Shown here piece after piece: positions 55,694 through 64,000 of a DNA stretch of 64,000 bases. This DNA comes from Oscillospiraceae bacterium. Lineage in GTDB: Bacteria; Bacillota; Clostridia; Oscillospirales; Oscillospiraceae. Within the stretch, counting starts at the first letter, position 1, and each line of letters begins with the position of its first letter. The stretch covers positions 5,416 to 69,415 of the forward strand of contig JAGBQR010000027.1 of assembly GCA_017632775.1 (NCBI GenBank), in the 5' to 3' direction. Made by a program: the position numbers and the translations under genes. Under the pieces are notes generated by a model that saw nothing but the letters and a program-made list of their open reading frames with translations, was not told the DNA's origin and made no database searches.

Positions 55694-55794
55694 TTAGGGG
55701 GTTGCATCGCCTGTTCAGGGGAGTGCATTTCACTTTAGGGGGGTGCAAACGGCAAAGGGGGTGCATTTTGAACGATAGGGGTACGCTGACAAAC
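55694..55794. repeat. five tandem ~20-nt G-rich direct repeats (iteron-like), core AGGGGGGTGCA
   Basis: AGGGG starts at 55696, 55717, 55737, 55756 and 55777. A TGCA core is present in the first four units. Confidence 0.85.
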
Positions 55795-55802
55795 GGGAAT
55801 TA

Positions 55803-56024
55803 CTAAAACACAACTTTGTCTTTTATCAACGACTGAAGAGCCTGCATTTCACCTGCTGTAATCGTAACTCCTCTTCCATATTTGGTATGATCATTCGACC
55901 ATGTACGTATATCATAAACAGGTTCTCTATCATCCCAGCTGATATAATTGAGTTCTTTTGTCCACCCGTTATTTGGATGTGAAATGTCTCCTATATGCTT
56001 ATAGATCTCAAATTTGTGTTCCAT
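55803..56024 (-). CDS. PC4/YdbC-like single-stranded-DNA-binding protein
   Basis: 73 aa. KFEIYKHIGDIS...GWTKELNYISWDDREPVYDIRTWSNDHTKYGRGVTIT matches my recollection of the YdbC pattern (KFEI..GW.KELN..SW....YDIR.W..DH.K.GKG.TL). AGGAG RBS. Confidence 0.7.
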   Translation of the reverse strand: MEHKFEIYKHIGDISHPNNGWTKELNYISWDDREPVYDIRTWSNDHTKYGRGVTITAGEMQALQSLIKDKVVF

Positions 56025-56052
56025 ATCCCTACTCCTGCAAATTAGGAATTTG

Positions 56053-56418
56053 TCACTGCTGCTGAGCGTATTTCTTTGCTTGTTCCATCCAGTAAGCTCT
56101 GATTTTTTCTACCATTTCCATGCAATCGTTTTGGGCAGTTTCAGCACGAAATTCCTTCATATCACTAAATGTATGTCCGCATGGTTCCAAGTCATCCTCT
56201 TCAAAACCTCCGCTCACTCCAACAATCCATTTGGACAACAAACCGGGTTTGAATCTAAAAATGCAATAGTGCAAACCATGAAGGTCAAATTCTCCAGCCA
56301 ATTCGATTTTATGGGGCATTTTACCCAGCTCATGCGGATCTGCCAGCCATTTCAGCATATTCTCCTGAGCAGCTTGAATCTGTTTTTCGTTCATAATAAT
56401 CCCCCAGTTTTTATCCAT
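56053..56418 (-). CDS. hypothetical protein (113-121 aa), co-oriented with and 28 nt upstream of the PC4-like gene
   Basis: MNEKQIQAAQENMLKWLADPHELGKMPHKIELAGEFDLHGLHYCIFRF... No family recognised. The start is 56418 or 56394. Confidence 0.6.
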   Translation of the reverse strand: MDKNWGIIMNEKQIQAAQENMLKWLADPHELGKMPHKIELAGEFDLHGLHYCIFRFKPGLLSKWIVGVSGGFEEDDLEPCGHTFSDMKEFRAETAQNDCMEMVEKIRAYWMEQAKKYAQQQ

Positions 56419-56511
56419 ACAAATCCCGATTTATCTGCCTGATTACTTCGTCATCCAGAAATGCAGACAAGCCCTCGGCCTCGTCCTTGTGTTCATCATA
56501 ACACAGATAAC

Positions 56512-56546
56512 AAAGCACGGCAATTCTATCAGAATTACCGTGCTTT
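56512..56546. terminator. hairpin D (terminator of the GNAT gene); sequence twin of hairpin B
   Basis: AAAGCACGGCAATTC, loop TATCA, then GAATTACCGTGCTTT. It has the same C/A mismatch as B. Stem base pair AA/TT in B is CA/TG here, a compensatory change. Confidence 0.7.
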
Positions 56547-56608
56547 TATGTCTTAAACCGCGTAAAAGGCACAAAACCACAGAAAGACCGCCTAAAAGAC
56601 ATTCCCGC

Positions 56609-57100
56609 TCATTCTTTGCAAAGCTCAAAATATATATTTGTTTCCGGATCTTCACCCATAGCAATCACGTGCTGAGGCATTTCTTTTTGCTTGAAGCCCA
56701 ATCTTTCATATAAGGCAATCGCTTTTTCATTTTGCGGATCGGGATCCACCCACAAAGTTTTTGCGCCGTTTTCAATAGCTTTTTCCATTACATAGGAAAG
56801 AGCTTGCGTGGCAATACCGCGGCCGCGCGCGAAATCAAACAGCTTAATATCCAGCCATGCGCTGCCGGATTCCCTGTCCACGCCATACCCTGCCTCACCG
56901 CAGTAGTCGCCGTCCTCATAGATGGAATAATGATTCACCGCAGATCTGTCGGCGCTGAGCCCATTCACCCACGCTTCCATGGCTTCGTCCGTTTCGTGCA
57001 GTCCGTCGGGGAAACCCACAAAACGCATCACGTCTCCGTCTGCCCAAAGACGCTGGACGTTTTTGAGGTCTTCCCTTGTCGTTTCTTTTATTTCGATCAT
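56609..57100 (-). CDS. GNAT-family N-acetyltransferase (RimJ/RimL-like)
   Basis: Motif A ARGRGIATQALSYVM. GAGGAG RBS. Confidence 0.82.
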   Translation of the reverse strand: MIEIKETTREDLKNVQRLWADGDVMRFVGFPDGLHETDEAMEAWVNGLSADRSAVNHYSIYEDGDYCGEAGYGVDRESGSAWLDIKLFDFARGRGIATQALSYVMEKAIENGAKTLWVDPDPQNEKAIALYERLGFKQKEMPQHVIAMGEDPETNIYFELCKE

Positions 57101-57169
57101 ATTCTAACTCCTCTGATCCTAAATCGTCGGTATCATCATACCGCACAAACATGAAACAGGCAACAAGAG

Positions 57170-57201
57170 AACCTCTTTTGCCTTGGTAGACAAAAGAGGT
57201 T
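57170..57201 (-). terminator. hairpin T, immediately 3-prime of tRNA-Ser
   Basis: AACCTCTTTTG, a 10-nt loop, then CAAAAGAGGTT. Begins 8 nt after the tRNA CCA end. Confidence 0.65.
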
Positions 57202-57208
57202 TCTTTGA

Positions 57209-57300
57209 TGGCGCAGCGGGTGGGATTCGAACCCACGGGCCCGATTAAGGGCTTACCCGATTTCGAGTCGGGGCCGTTATGACCTCTTCGATACCGCTGC
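57209..57300 (-). tRNA. tRNA-Ser (anticodon CGA), class II, CCA encoded
   Basis: 92 nt, cloverleaf drawn by hand. Acceptor GCAGCGG/CCGCTGC. T arm GTGGG-TTCGAAT-CCCAC. Anticodon arm CCCGA-CTCGAAA-TCGGG. Long variable arm GCCC-TTAATC-GGGC. Discriminator G followed by CCA. Confidence 0.9.
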
Positions 57301-57460
57301 ATATAAGTACATGTAATAAGTTATGCAGAAAGGCGGAGACTGCCCTTCACGCTCCGCCATTATATCCAATCACCGGGCAAAAATCAAGAGTCCAATTTCT
57401 GCAGAAGCACAAAAGCGAAGAAGAGATTCAATAATTTGCGTTTAATGTTATATAAATATA

Positions 57461-57489
57461 TTGACAAAAGTAGCAGCGGAATGTATACT
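57461..57489 (+). promoter_or_regulatory. near-consensus sigma-A promoter of the RHH-clpB pair: -35 TTGACA, 17-nt spacer, -10 TATACT
   Basis: Hexamers at 57461-57466 and 57484-57489. Confidence 0.5.
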
Positions 57490-57519
57490 GTAAGCAAGAA
57501 CTGGAAAGGATCGAAGACT

Positions 57520-58167
57520 ATGAAAAAAACACTCTACAGTCTCATGCTGAACGATGAAGTGGTGCGTGAGGTCGATATACTGGCCCATCGTCTCGGGACC
57601 AACCGGTCCAACCTTATCAATCAGATCCTTGCTGAGTACGTGAATTACACGACTCCGGAAAGACGGATCAATGATGTCCTTTCGGCAATTGAACAATTGA
57701 TGGCTCCTTCCAGAGACTTTGTTCCGTTTTTTGCGCCGAACTCCTTCTCCATGTCGCTGAAAAGCTCTTTGGAGTATAAATACAGACCTACTGTAAAGTA
57801 TGAGGTGGAGTTATACCGGGGAGCAGAGGAGTCGATCGGGGAGCTGTCGGTCGTGTTCCGTACGCAGTCCGGCACTCTGATCGCGGCGATGACCGAATTT
57901 TTCCGTCTCTGGAAGCGGATCGAGGATGCACATCTTGCACCATTGACAGGCAATCGTGCGACCTACGCGCTCTATGACGGGAAATTTGTCCGGAGTCTTT
58001 CTGCACCGGACAGAAACTGCAGTTCGGATGAACTGGCTGCCGCTCTCGCGGAGTATATCAAGCTGTTCGACCGCCTGATGAAGAACTATCTGACAGGCAG
58101 GATGGATGATCACGAAGTAGAGGCGGCCTATTATTCGCACATGATCAATTCGGAGGTGCATATCTGA
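57520..58167 (+). CDS. ribbon-helix-helix (CopG/Arc-like) N-terminal domain protein with ~170-aa C-terminal domain of unknown function
   Basis: [41 protein letters not shown] fits a beta-alpha-alpha RHH pattern. GGAAAGGA RBS. The stop overlaps the clpB ATG (TGATG). Confidence 0.65.
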   Translation: MKKTLYSLMLNDEVVREVDILAHRLGTNRSNLINQILAEYVNYTTPERRINDVLSAIEQLMAPSRDFVPFFAPNSFSMSLKSSLEYKYRPTVKYEVELYRGAEESIGELSVVFRTQSGTLIAAMTEFFRLWKRIEDAHLAPLTGNRATYALYDGKFVRSLSAPDRNCSSDELAAALAEYIKLFDRLMKNYLTGRMDDHEVEAAYYSHMINSEVHI

Positions 58168-60749
58168 TGAATACACAGAATCTTACCCAGAAAAGCATCG
58201 ACGCACTGCAGACAGCGCGTTCGATGGCAGAGGAAAACAAAAACAGCACAATCACTCCGGAGCATCTTCTATACGCACTGATCGACCAGGACGGAGGACT
58301 GATCCCTTCCCTCCTTGGAAAGATGGGTGTCGACTGCAACACGGTGCTTTCGGAACTGGATACGGTGATTTCGGGACTGCCGCGTGTGAGCGGCGGGAGC
58401 AGCGAAGTATATATGTCTCCCGAAACCGGAAAGGTGCTCAACGCAGCGGAGAAGAGTGCAAAAGAAGGCGGAGACGGCTATATCTCCGTTGAACATCTGA
58501 TGCTGGGCATCTTTGCAGCCGCCACCCCGGCTGTCAAGCGGATCTTTTCAGACCATGCGATCACAAGATCGGCATTTCAGGCAGAACTGGCAAAAGTGAA
58601 GACCGGACCTGTAACAGGGGACAATCCGGAGGATACATACGATGCGCTGACCAAATACGGATCGGATCTGGTGCAGCGGGCCAGGGAAAACGAGCTCGAC
58701 CCGGTCATCGGACGGGACACAGAGATCCGGAACGTCATTCGCATCCTCTCCCGGAAAACAAAAAACAACCCGGTGCTTATCGGGGAACCGGGCGTAGGCA
58801 AAACGGCGATCGCGGAGGGGCTTGCCCAGCGGATCGTCCGGGGAGACGTGCCGGAAGGACTGAAAGACAAGACGATCTTTTCGCTGGATATGGGCGCGCT
58901 GATCGCCGGAGCAAAATACCGCGGTGAATTTGAGGAAAGACTGAAAGCGGTTCTGGAGGAGATCCGCCGCAGTGAAGGCAGGATCATTCTGTTCATCGAT
59001 GAACTGCATACGATCGTCGGCGCGGGCAGGACCGAGGGAAGCATGGATGCCGGAAATCTTCTCAAACCTATGCTCGCCCGCGGGGAACTCCACTGCATCG
59101 GTGCAACAACGCTGGACGAGTATCGCAAATACATCGAAAAAGATGCGGCTTTGGAAAGACGGTTCCAGCCGGTCCAGGTGGATGAGCCGACGGTGGAGGA
59201 TACGATCTCCATCCTGCGCGGATTGAAGGAACGGTATGAGGTCTATCACGGAGTCAGGATCCATGACAGTGCGCTGGTTGCCGCGGCCACCCTTTCCAAT
59301 CGCTATATCAGCGACCGGTTTCTTCCGGACAAAGCCATCGATCTTGTGGATGAGGCGTGTGCCCTGATCCGGACCGAGATCGATTCCATGCCTTCGGAAC
59401 TGGACGATATGCGCCGCCGCATCATGCAGCTTGAGATCGAGGAGATGGCGCTTAAAAAGGAAGACGACCGGCTCAGCCGTGAGCGGCTGGAAAAGATCAC
59501 GGAGGAACTGGCCAATCTGAAAGACAGCTTCAACGAGACAAAATCACGCTGGGAGGCGGAAAAGAACAGTGTGGATGAGGTGAAAAACCTTAAGAGCGAG
59601 ATCGAAAAACTCCATGCTGAGATCGAAAACGCACAGCTGCGCTATGAATATGAAAAAGCGGCGAAACTGAAGTATTCCGACCTTCCCGCTCTGGAGAGAA
59701 AACTGGAAGAAGCGGAAAAAAACAGTGAAGAACGCAGCCGGTCATCCCTGGTCCATGACACAGTGACGGAAGAGGAGATCTCCGGGATCGTGGCCAAGTG
59801 GACCGGAATCCCGGTTTCCAAGCTGATGGAGGGCGAGCGTGAGAAACTGCTGCATCTTGACGATCTTCTGCATAAGAGGGTAGTTGGTCAGGATGAAGCG
59901 GTGCAGAGGGTGACGGAAGCGATCCTTCGCTCCCGTGCGGGAATCGGCGACCCGAACCGGCCGGTCGGCTCCTTCCTCTTCCTCGGTCCCACCGGCGTGG
60001 GAAAGACAGAACTGGCCAAAGCGCTCGCGGAGTGCCTTTTTGATGATGAGCGCAATATCGTCCGTATCGACATGACGGAATATATGGAAAAATTCTCTGT
60101 CTCGCGCCTGATCGGAGCGCCTCCGGGATATGTCGGTTATGACGAGGGCGGTCAGCTAACGGAAGCGGTCCGCCGGAAACCTTACAGCGTCGTGCTGTTC
60201 GACGAAGTGGAGAAGGCGCATCCGGATGTGTTTAATATCCTGCTCCAGATCCTGGATGACGGACGGATCACCGACTCGCAGGGAAGAACAGTGGACTTTA
60301 AAAACACCATCATCATACTTACGTCAAACCTGGGCAGCCAGTATCTGCTGGAAGGGATCGGAGAAGACGGCAGTATTACCGAAGAGGCAAAGGAAGCGGT
60401 GGACATGGAGCTGCATCGTGCGTTCCGTCCGGAGTTTCTCAACCGGCTCGACGAGACGATCCTCTTCCGACCGCTTACAAAGGAGAACCTGAACGGAATC
60501 ATTGATATCATGGTCGAAGGCCTGCGGAAGAGACTTGAGGAGAAAGAACTGGGACTTGAGATCACAGACCGCGCGAAGCAGCTGATCATCGAACGTGGTT
60601 ACGATCCTCTTTACGGAGCCCGGCCGCTTCGGAGGTATCTGCAGAGCAGCGTGGAGACGCTGATCGCCCGTACGATCCTTGGCGGAGACATCAGTGCCGG
60701 CTCGACCATCCGTGTCGATGAAAGGGACGGAGAACTGATCTGCAGCTGA
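58167..60749 (+). CDS. clpB: ATP-dependent chaperone ClpB
   Basis: Clp N domain, NBD1 GEPGVGKTA, long middle coiled coil, NBD2 GPTGVGKTE. 860 aa. Confidence 0.95.
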   Translation: MNTQNLTQKSIDALQTARSMAEENKNSTITPEHLLYALIDQDGGLIPSLLGKMGVDCNTVLSELDTVISGLPRVSGGSSEVYMSPETGKVLNAAEKSAKEGGDGYISVEHLMLGIFAAATPAVKRIFSDHAITRSAFQAELAKVKTGPVTGDNPEDTYDALTKYGSDLVQRARENELDPVIGRDTEIRNVIRILSRKTKNNPVLIGEPGVGKTAIAEGLAQRIVRGDVPEGLKDKTIFSLDMGALIAGAKYRGEFEERLKAVLEEIRRSEGRIILFIDELHTIVGAGRTEGSMDAGNLLKPMLARGELHCIGATTLDEYRKYIEKDAALERRFQPVQVDEPTVEDTISILRGLKERYEVYHGVRIHDSALVAAATLSNRYISDRFLPDKAIDLVDEACALIRTEIDSMPSELDDMRRRIMQLEIEEMALKKEDDRLSRERLEKITEELANLKDSFNETKSRWEAEKNSVDEVKNLKSEIEKLHAEIENAQLRYEYEKAAKLKYSDLPALERKLEEAEKNSEERSRSSLVHDTVTEEEISGIVAKWTGIPVSKLMEGEREKLLHLDDLLHKRVVGQDEAVQRVTEAILRSRAGIGDPNRPVGSFLFLGPTGVGKTELAKALAECLFDDERNIVRIDMTEYMEKFSVSRLIGAPPGYVGYDEGGQLTEAVRRKPYSVVLFDEVEKAHPDVFNILLQILDDGRITDSQGRTVDFKNTIIILTSNLGSQYLLEGIGEDGSITEEAKEAVDMELHRAFRPEFLNRLDETILFRPLTKENLNGIIDIMVEGLRKRLEEKELGLEITDRAKQLIIERGYDPLYGARPLRRYLQSSVETLIARTILGGDISAGSTIRVDERDGELICS

Positions 60750-60755
60750 GAGCAG

Positions 60756-60794
60756 AAAACAGACCGGATGAATCGGTTCATCCGGTCTGTTTTT
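60756..60794. terminator. bidirectional terminator after clpB
   Basis: 17-bp arms AAAACAGACCGGATGAA / TTCATCCGGTCTGTTTT, loop TCGG. Confidence 0.75.
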
Positions 60795-60809
60795 ATTCAT
60801 TGATCTGTT

Positions 60810-62477
60810 TCATCCGATATCCGGAGGAGTTTTCGGGTCCGTGTTTCCGGAATAGGTGAGGCAGAGCATGGTCAGATCGTCAAACTGCTCCGCATCTTTC
60901 ACAAAATGGTCGACAGATTGCCGTACGGTCTGAAGGATCTCGGAAGGCGAAGCCGCAGGGGCTTCGTTGAGTGCTGCAAGCATGCGGTCCGTTCCGAACA
61001 TGTTGCCGTCGGCATCCGTCGCTTCGGGAAGACCGTCTGTATACAGGAAAAGCCGGGATCCGGGTTCCAGCTGGAGTTCATATTCCTGATAGCGCATGCC
61101 TTCAAGCCCGCCGATCACAAAACCGTGCCGGTCCTTGAGGAGCGCGAACGAACCGTCATGCTGTGTTATCACCGGGTATTCGTGCCCGGCATTGGCGGCG
61201 GTCAGACGGCCGGTGGAAATCTCCAGGATCCCGAGCCAGACGGTCACGAACATATCGACGTGGTTGTTGGAACAGATCGTCGTGTTGGTGTCAGTCAGGA
61301 TCTGCGCGGGAGATTTTCCCATATGAGCGTTGTTTTCCAGAATGATTTTTGATGCCATCATAAACAGCGCAGCCGGAACGCCTTTTCCGGAGACGTCGGC
61401 CATCACCAGACACAAGTGGTCGTCGTCGATGAGATAATAATCATAAAAATCGCCGCCGACCTCCCTGGCCGGGTCCATACTGGCAAAAAGATCGAATTCC
61501 GTGCGTCCGGGGAATGGAGGAAAAGAATGGGGAAGCATGGAACTCTGGATGCGTGTCGCCAGAGAAAGTTCTGTACCGATACGCTCTCTTTCCGCGGTGA
61601 TCTGCGTCAGATCGTCCACATACCGGGAGATGCGGTCCTCCATCTGATCGATGGAACCCGCCAGCTGCCCGATCTCGTCGCGGTTGCGGATGGTTTCATG
61701 CAGGGCTTTTGAGGCGGGGACATTTTCCCTGGAGAAGCGGTCCGCCTCATCCGAAATCTGCTTGAGCGGCTTTAGAAGCACAATGTGAAGATAAAGGCTT
61801 TGACCGATGATCACCGCTGCGGCCAGAGCGATCAGAACGAGAGTCACCCGCCGCAGATATGTACTGCGCGCATTGGAGAGGACATCCATCTGACGCTGCA
61901 CGCAGAGAATCGCTTTCGTTTGGCCGTCGGATCCTTTCAGCGGGATCATGGCGGTAATGTGAGGATCTGTTTCGATGGGACCGCGGTCACGTACGACCAG
62001 TTCCTGATTCGATTCCCCGGCATACAGCGCGCGATATTTCTCGCGGTATTCATCATTGGTCGTCTCTCGCACATAACCGAAATTATAGTGGGTATAATGC
62101 ATTTCGTGATTGATGGTGGAAAAAATGAAAGTTATGTGGGCGTAATCCGTAAGATCAGGCTGGATCACATAAATAAATGTGGCGCCGGTGGCGTTGCAGA
62201 GCTGATCCAGCCGGTTCCAGATCGCTGTATATTCTTCACCGGTGCCTCCGCTGGCGGCATAGATATCCATCCGATCTGCGTCCACTGCCAGAGCAGAGGC
62301 ATCTGCCGTCCGGAACGCACCGTCCGAGTACTGGTTCAGCAGGGCTTCCGTGAATACATGGGACCCGATCGCACTTACGATCGCAGAGAAGACCGTGAGC
62401 AGGAGCACAATGCCGAAGAGGCTCTTGAACACGATCCGGTTATTCAGTTTCATACGCTTCTCGCTTCCTGTTGCCAT
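60810..62477 (-). CDS. membrane sensor PP2C phosphatase (extracytoplasmic domain, HAMP, SpoIIE/RsbU-type PP2C)
   Basis: GGDFYDYYLIDDDHLCLVMADVSGKGVPAALFM, with HAMP-like LKPLKQISDEADRF after the second TM helix. ATG 62477 has a GGAGG RBS; alternatives are 62510 and 62453. Confidence 0.85.
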   Translation of the reverse strand: MATGSEKRMKLNNRIVFKSLFGIVLLLTVFSAIVSAIGSHVFTEALLNQYSDGAFRTADASALAVDADRMDIYAASGGTGEEYTAIWNRLDQLCNATGATFIYVIQPDLTDYAHITFIFSTINHEMHYTHYNFGYVRETTNDEYREKYRALYAGESNQELVVRDRGPIETDPHITAMIPLKGSDGQTKAILCVQRQMDVLSNARSTYLRRVTLVLIALAAAVIIGQSLYLHIVLLKPLKQISDEADRFSRENVPASKALHETIRNRDEIGQLAGSIDQMEDRISRYVDDLTQITAERERIGTELSLATRIQSSMLPHSFPPFPGRTEFDLFASMDPAREVGGDFYDYYLIDDDHLCLVMADVSGKGVPAALFMMASKIILENNAHMGKSPAQILTDTNTTICSNNHVDMFVTVWLGILEISTGRLTAANAGHEYPVITQHDGSFALLKDRHGFVIGGLEGMRYQEYELQLEPGSRLFLYTDGLPEATDADGNMFGTDRMLAALNEAPAASPSEILQTVRQSVDHFVKDAEQFDDLTMLCLTYSGNTDPKTPPDIG

Positions 62478-62534
62478 CTTTGCCTCCGTCGCGCTTTCCA
62501 GCGGCTGCATCTGTTCTATTTTTTCCAGTATATA

Positions 62535-62558
62535 ATATTATAAAGGATATTATAAAGG
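62535..62558. repeat. perfect tandem duplication ATATTATAAAGG x2
   Basis: Read directly, in the divergent promoter region. On the minus strand each unit contains TATAAT. Confidence 0.85.
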
Positions 62559-62600
62559 ACTTTCCGGCGGATTTCCACCCTCTTTCTGCGGCGGGAGCTC

Positions 62601-62628
62601 TTGACAGGAAGGGAAATTCCGTCATAAT
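62601..62628 (+). promoter_or_regulatory. candidate sigma-A promoter of the amidohydrolase gene: -35 TTGACA, 16-nt spacer, -10 CATAAT
   Basis: Hexamers at 62601-62606 and 62623-62628. Confidence 0.4.
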
Positions 62629-62691
62629 ACAGGCAGAATGAATTGCAAAGGTTCCTGCTCCGGACAGGGGGAGGACCGGAAAGGAGAGCAT

Positions 62692-63828
62692 ATGTTACTG
62701 AAAAACGGATGGATCCATGATGCAGTCCGGCCTGAGCCGTATCGGGCGGACATTCTGGTGGAGGGAGGCCGGATCAAAGCAATCGGAACAGATCTGCCGG
62801 AGGAAGGAACAGTCATTGATGCCGAGGGACTGCAGATCTACCCGGGGTTCGTGGAAGCACACTGCCATCTCGGCCTGGACGGGTATGGAATCGGTTTTGA
62901 AGGGGCGGACTACAACGAGATGGGAGATATCTGCACTCCGCATCTGCGTGCGATCGACAGTTTCAATCCGCTGGATCCGTCCGTGAAGAAGGCTGCACTT
63001 GCCGGGATCACAACTGTTGCCACAGGACAGGGAAGCGCCAATGCGATCGGCGGTACCTGGATTGCTGTGAAGACAGACGGAGTGTGCGTCGACGATATGA
63101 TCATCCGGGATCCGGTGGCTATGAAATGTGCCTTGGGGGAAAACCCGAAACGCTGTTACCGGGAAAAGGGCAACGGAGCCCGGATGTCCACAGCCGCTGT
63201 GATCCGCCGAATGCTGTTTGAATCAAAGCTGTACCTTGCCAAAAAAGAAGCGGCAGCCGGAGACATCGCAAAGATGCCGGGGTTTGATTTCAAGTGTGAG
63301 GCAATGATCCCCGTTTTGAAAAAGGAGATTCCGCTGAAGATCCATGCCCATCAGGCGAACGATATCCTCCCGGCGATCCGGATCGCCCGGGAGTTTGACG
63401 TACTGCTCACTTTGGAGCATGTGACGGAAGGCCATCTGATCGCAGATCATGTGGCAAAGGCAAACTGTCCGGTGGCTGTCGGTCCGAGTCTGACCCATGC
63501 TACAAAGTTCGAACTTCAGAACAAATCCTGGACGACTCCCTCTGTACTGGCCGAAAAAGGATGCAGGGTTTCGATCATTACCGATTCCCCCGTCATTCCG
63601 CAGGAGTATCTGCCGCTGTGTGCAGGGTTGGCTGTAAAAGCCGGGATGGACCCGTTTGAAGCTTTGAAGGCCATTACCATCCACCCGGCTGAGCAGATCG
63701 GCGTGGCCGACCGGGTAGGAAGCATCGAACCGGGGAAGGATGCGGATTTTGCTGTTTATGAGGGCGATCCGATGGTTTCCGACTCCGTGTGCAGGATGGT
63801 ATTCATCAACGGAAAGAAGATCGAATAA
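62692..63828 (+). CDS. amidohydrolase-superfamily metallohydrolase
   Basis: HxH motif FVEAHCHLGLDG and C-terminal GSIEPGKDADF. ATG 62692 follows a GGAAAGGAG RBS. Confidence 0.82.
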   Translation: MLLKNGWIHDAVRPEPYRADILVEGGRIKAIGTDLPEEGTVIDAEGLQIYPGFVEAHCHLGLDGYGIGFEGADYNEMGDICTPHLRAIDSFNPLDPSVKKAALAGITTVATGQGSANAIGGTWIAVKTDGVCVDDMIIRDPVAMKCALGENPKRCYREKGNGARMSTAAVIRRMLFESKLYLAKKEAAAGDIAKMPGFDFKCEAMIPVLKKEIPLKIHAHQANDILPAIRIAREFDVLLTLEHVTEGHLIADHVAKANCPVAVGPSLTHATKFELQNKSWTTPSVLAEKGCRVSIITDSPVIPQEYLPLCAGLAVKAGMDPFEALKAITIHPAEQIGVADRVGSIEPGKDADFAVYEGDPMVSDSVCRMVFINGKKIE

Positions 63829-63844
63829 TTGAAGCGAAGTTTTA

Positions 63845-63875
63845 GAAACCGGCAGGGATCTCCCCTGCCGGTTTC
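63845..63875 (+). terminator. intrinsic terminator
   Basis: GAAACCGGCAGGG / CCCTGCCGGTTTC arms followed by TTCC. The U-tract is weak. Confidence 0.55.
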
Positions 63876-64000
63876 TTCCTCATCAGAAGGCTCAGGTGCA
63901 GGAAACCGGAAGCGGGAGAACGTATTTCCATCTTGTCGCGGAAGGCCGGAATGATTATAATAAGAAAATAACCATCAGTTCAAAGCGGGCATTTTTGGAG

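Noticed and set aside
55694-55794. Possible miniature CRISPR array.
   Set aside because: The units are contiguous ~20-nt imperfect repeats with no intervening unique spacers, no repeat dyad symmetry and no cas genes in the window.
56443-56664. A 73-aa minus-strand ORF, and a possible 17-18-codon leader peptide (MMNTRTRPRACLHFWMTK), upstream of the 121-aa orphan.
   Set aside because: The long ORF runs through terminator hairpin D and overlaps the GNAT 3-prime end. The short frame has no RBS. I found no support for either.
52854-57201. Integron-like gene cassettes with attC sites (single genes each followed by an imperfect palindrome).
   Set aside because: The hairpins lack the RYYYAAC / GTTRRRY core sites and the extrahelical-base architecture of attC. 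The genes are not all co-oriented. No intI-like tyrosine recombinase or attI is present. The hairpins carry U-tracts and are adequately explained as terminators.

Overview
This is a 64-kb chromosomal segment from a fairly high-G+C Gram-positive bacterium. Gene content looks Bacillota/Clostridia-like (addBA, hprK, whiA, a dgt-dnaG-sigA operon, a SpoIIE-type PP2C), but the taxonomy is inference only. I count about 54 protein genes, one tRNA and one riboswitch. I saw no rRNA, CRISPR, transposase, integrase, phage genes or recognisable defence genes. The backbone is housekeeping: addB-addA, rpmE, rsmE, cca, dgt-dnaG-rpoD, hprK-murB-rapZ-whiA-dnaE, rpmB, xpt, a guanine-riboswitch-controlled BMP/ABC nucleoside importer, apt, hflX-yigZ followed by envelope enzymes, an enoate-reductase-family flavoenzyme, and clpB. 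The unusual part is 51.6-57.3 kb, a visibly AT-richer accessory segment that ends flush with the 3-prime end of tRNA-Ser(CGA). It carries small enzymes (two GNAT, NUDIX, lipase), an ECF sigma/anti-sigma pair and a PC4/YdbC-like ssDNA-binding protein. Its intergenic regions are assembled from recurring modules: terminator hairpins of two sequence families, a 29-nt promoter-like box, and about 20-nt G-rich direct repeats (five in tandem at 55694-55794). One module is a diverged second copy of the tRNA-Ser 3-prime flank, 4.3 kb from the tRNA. I cannot assign this module family to any element class I know. Other items worth a look: an RHH-domain protein translationally coupled to clpB; a flavoenzyme promoter decorated with repeats and a palindrome; a Zn-ribbon/TPR + membrane + C39-like gene trio; two paralogous lipoproteins; and rapZ-whiA without yvcK. 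All calls come from reading the sequence and ORF translations by eye. No database search or folding program was run, and start codons are best guesses.
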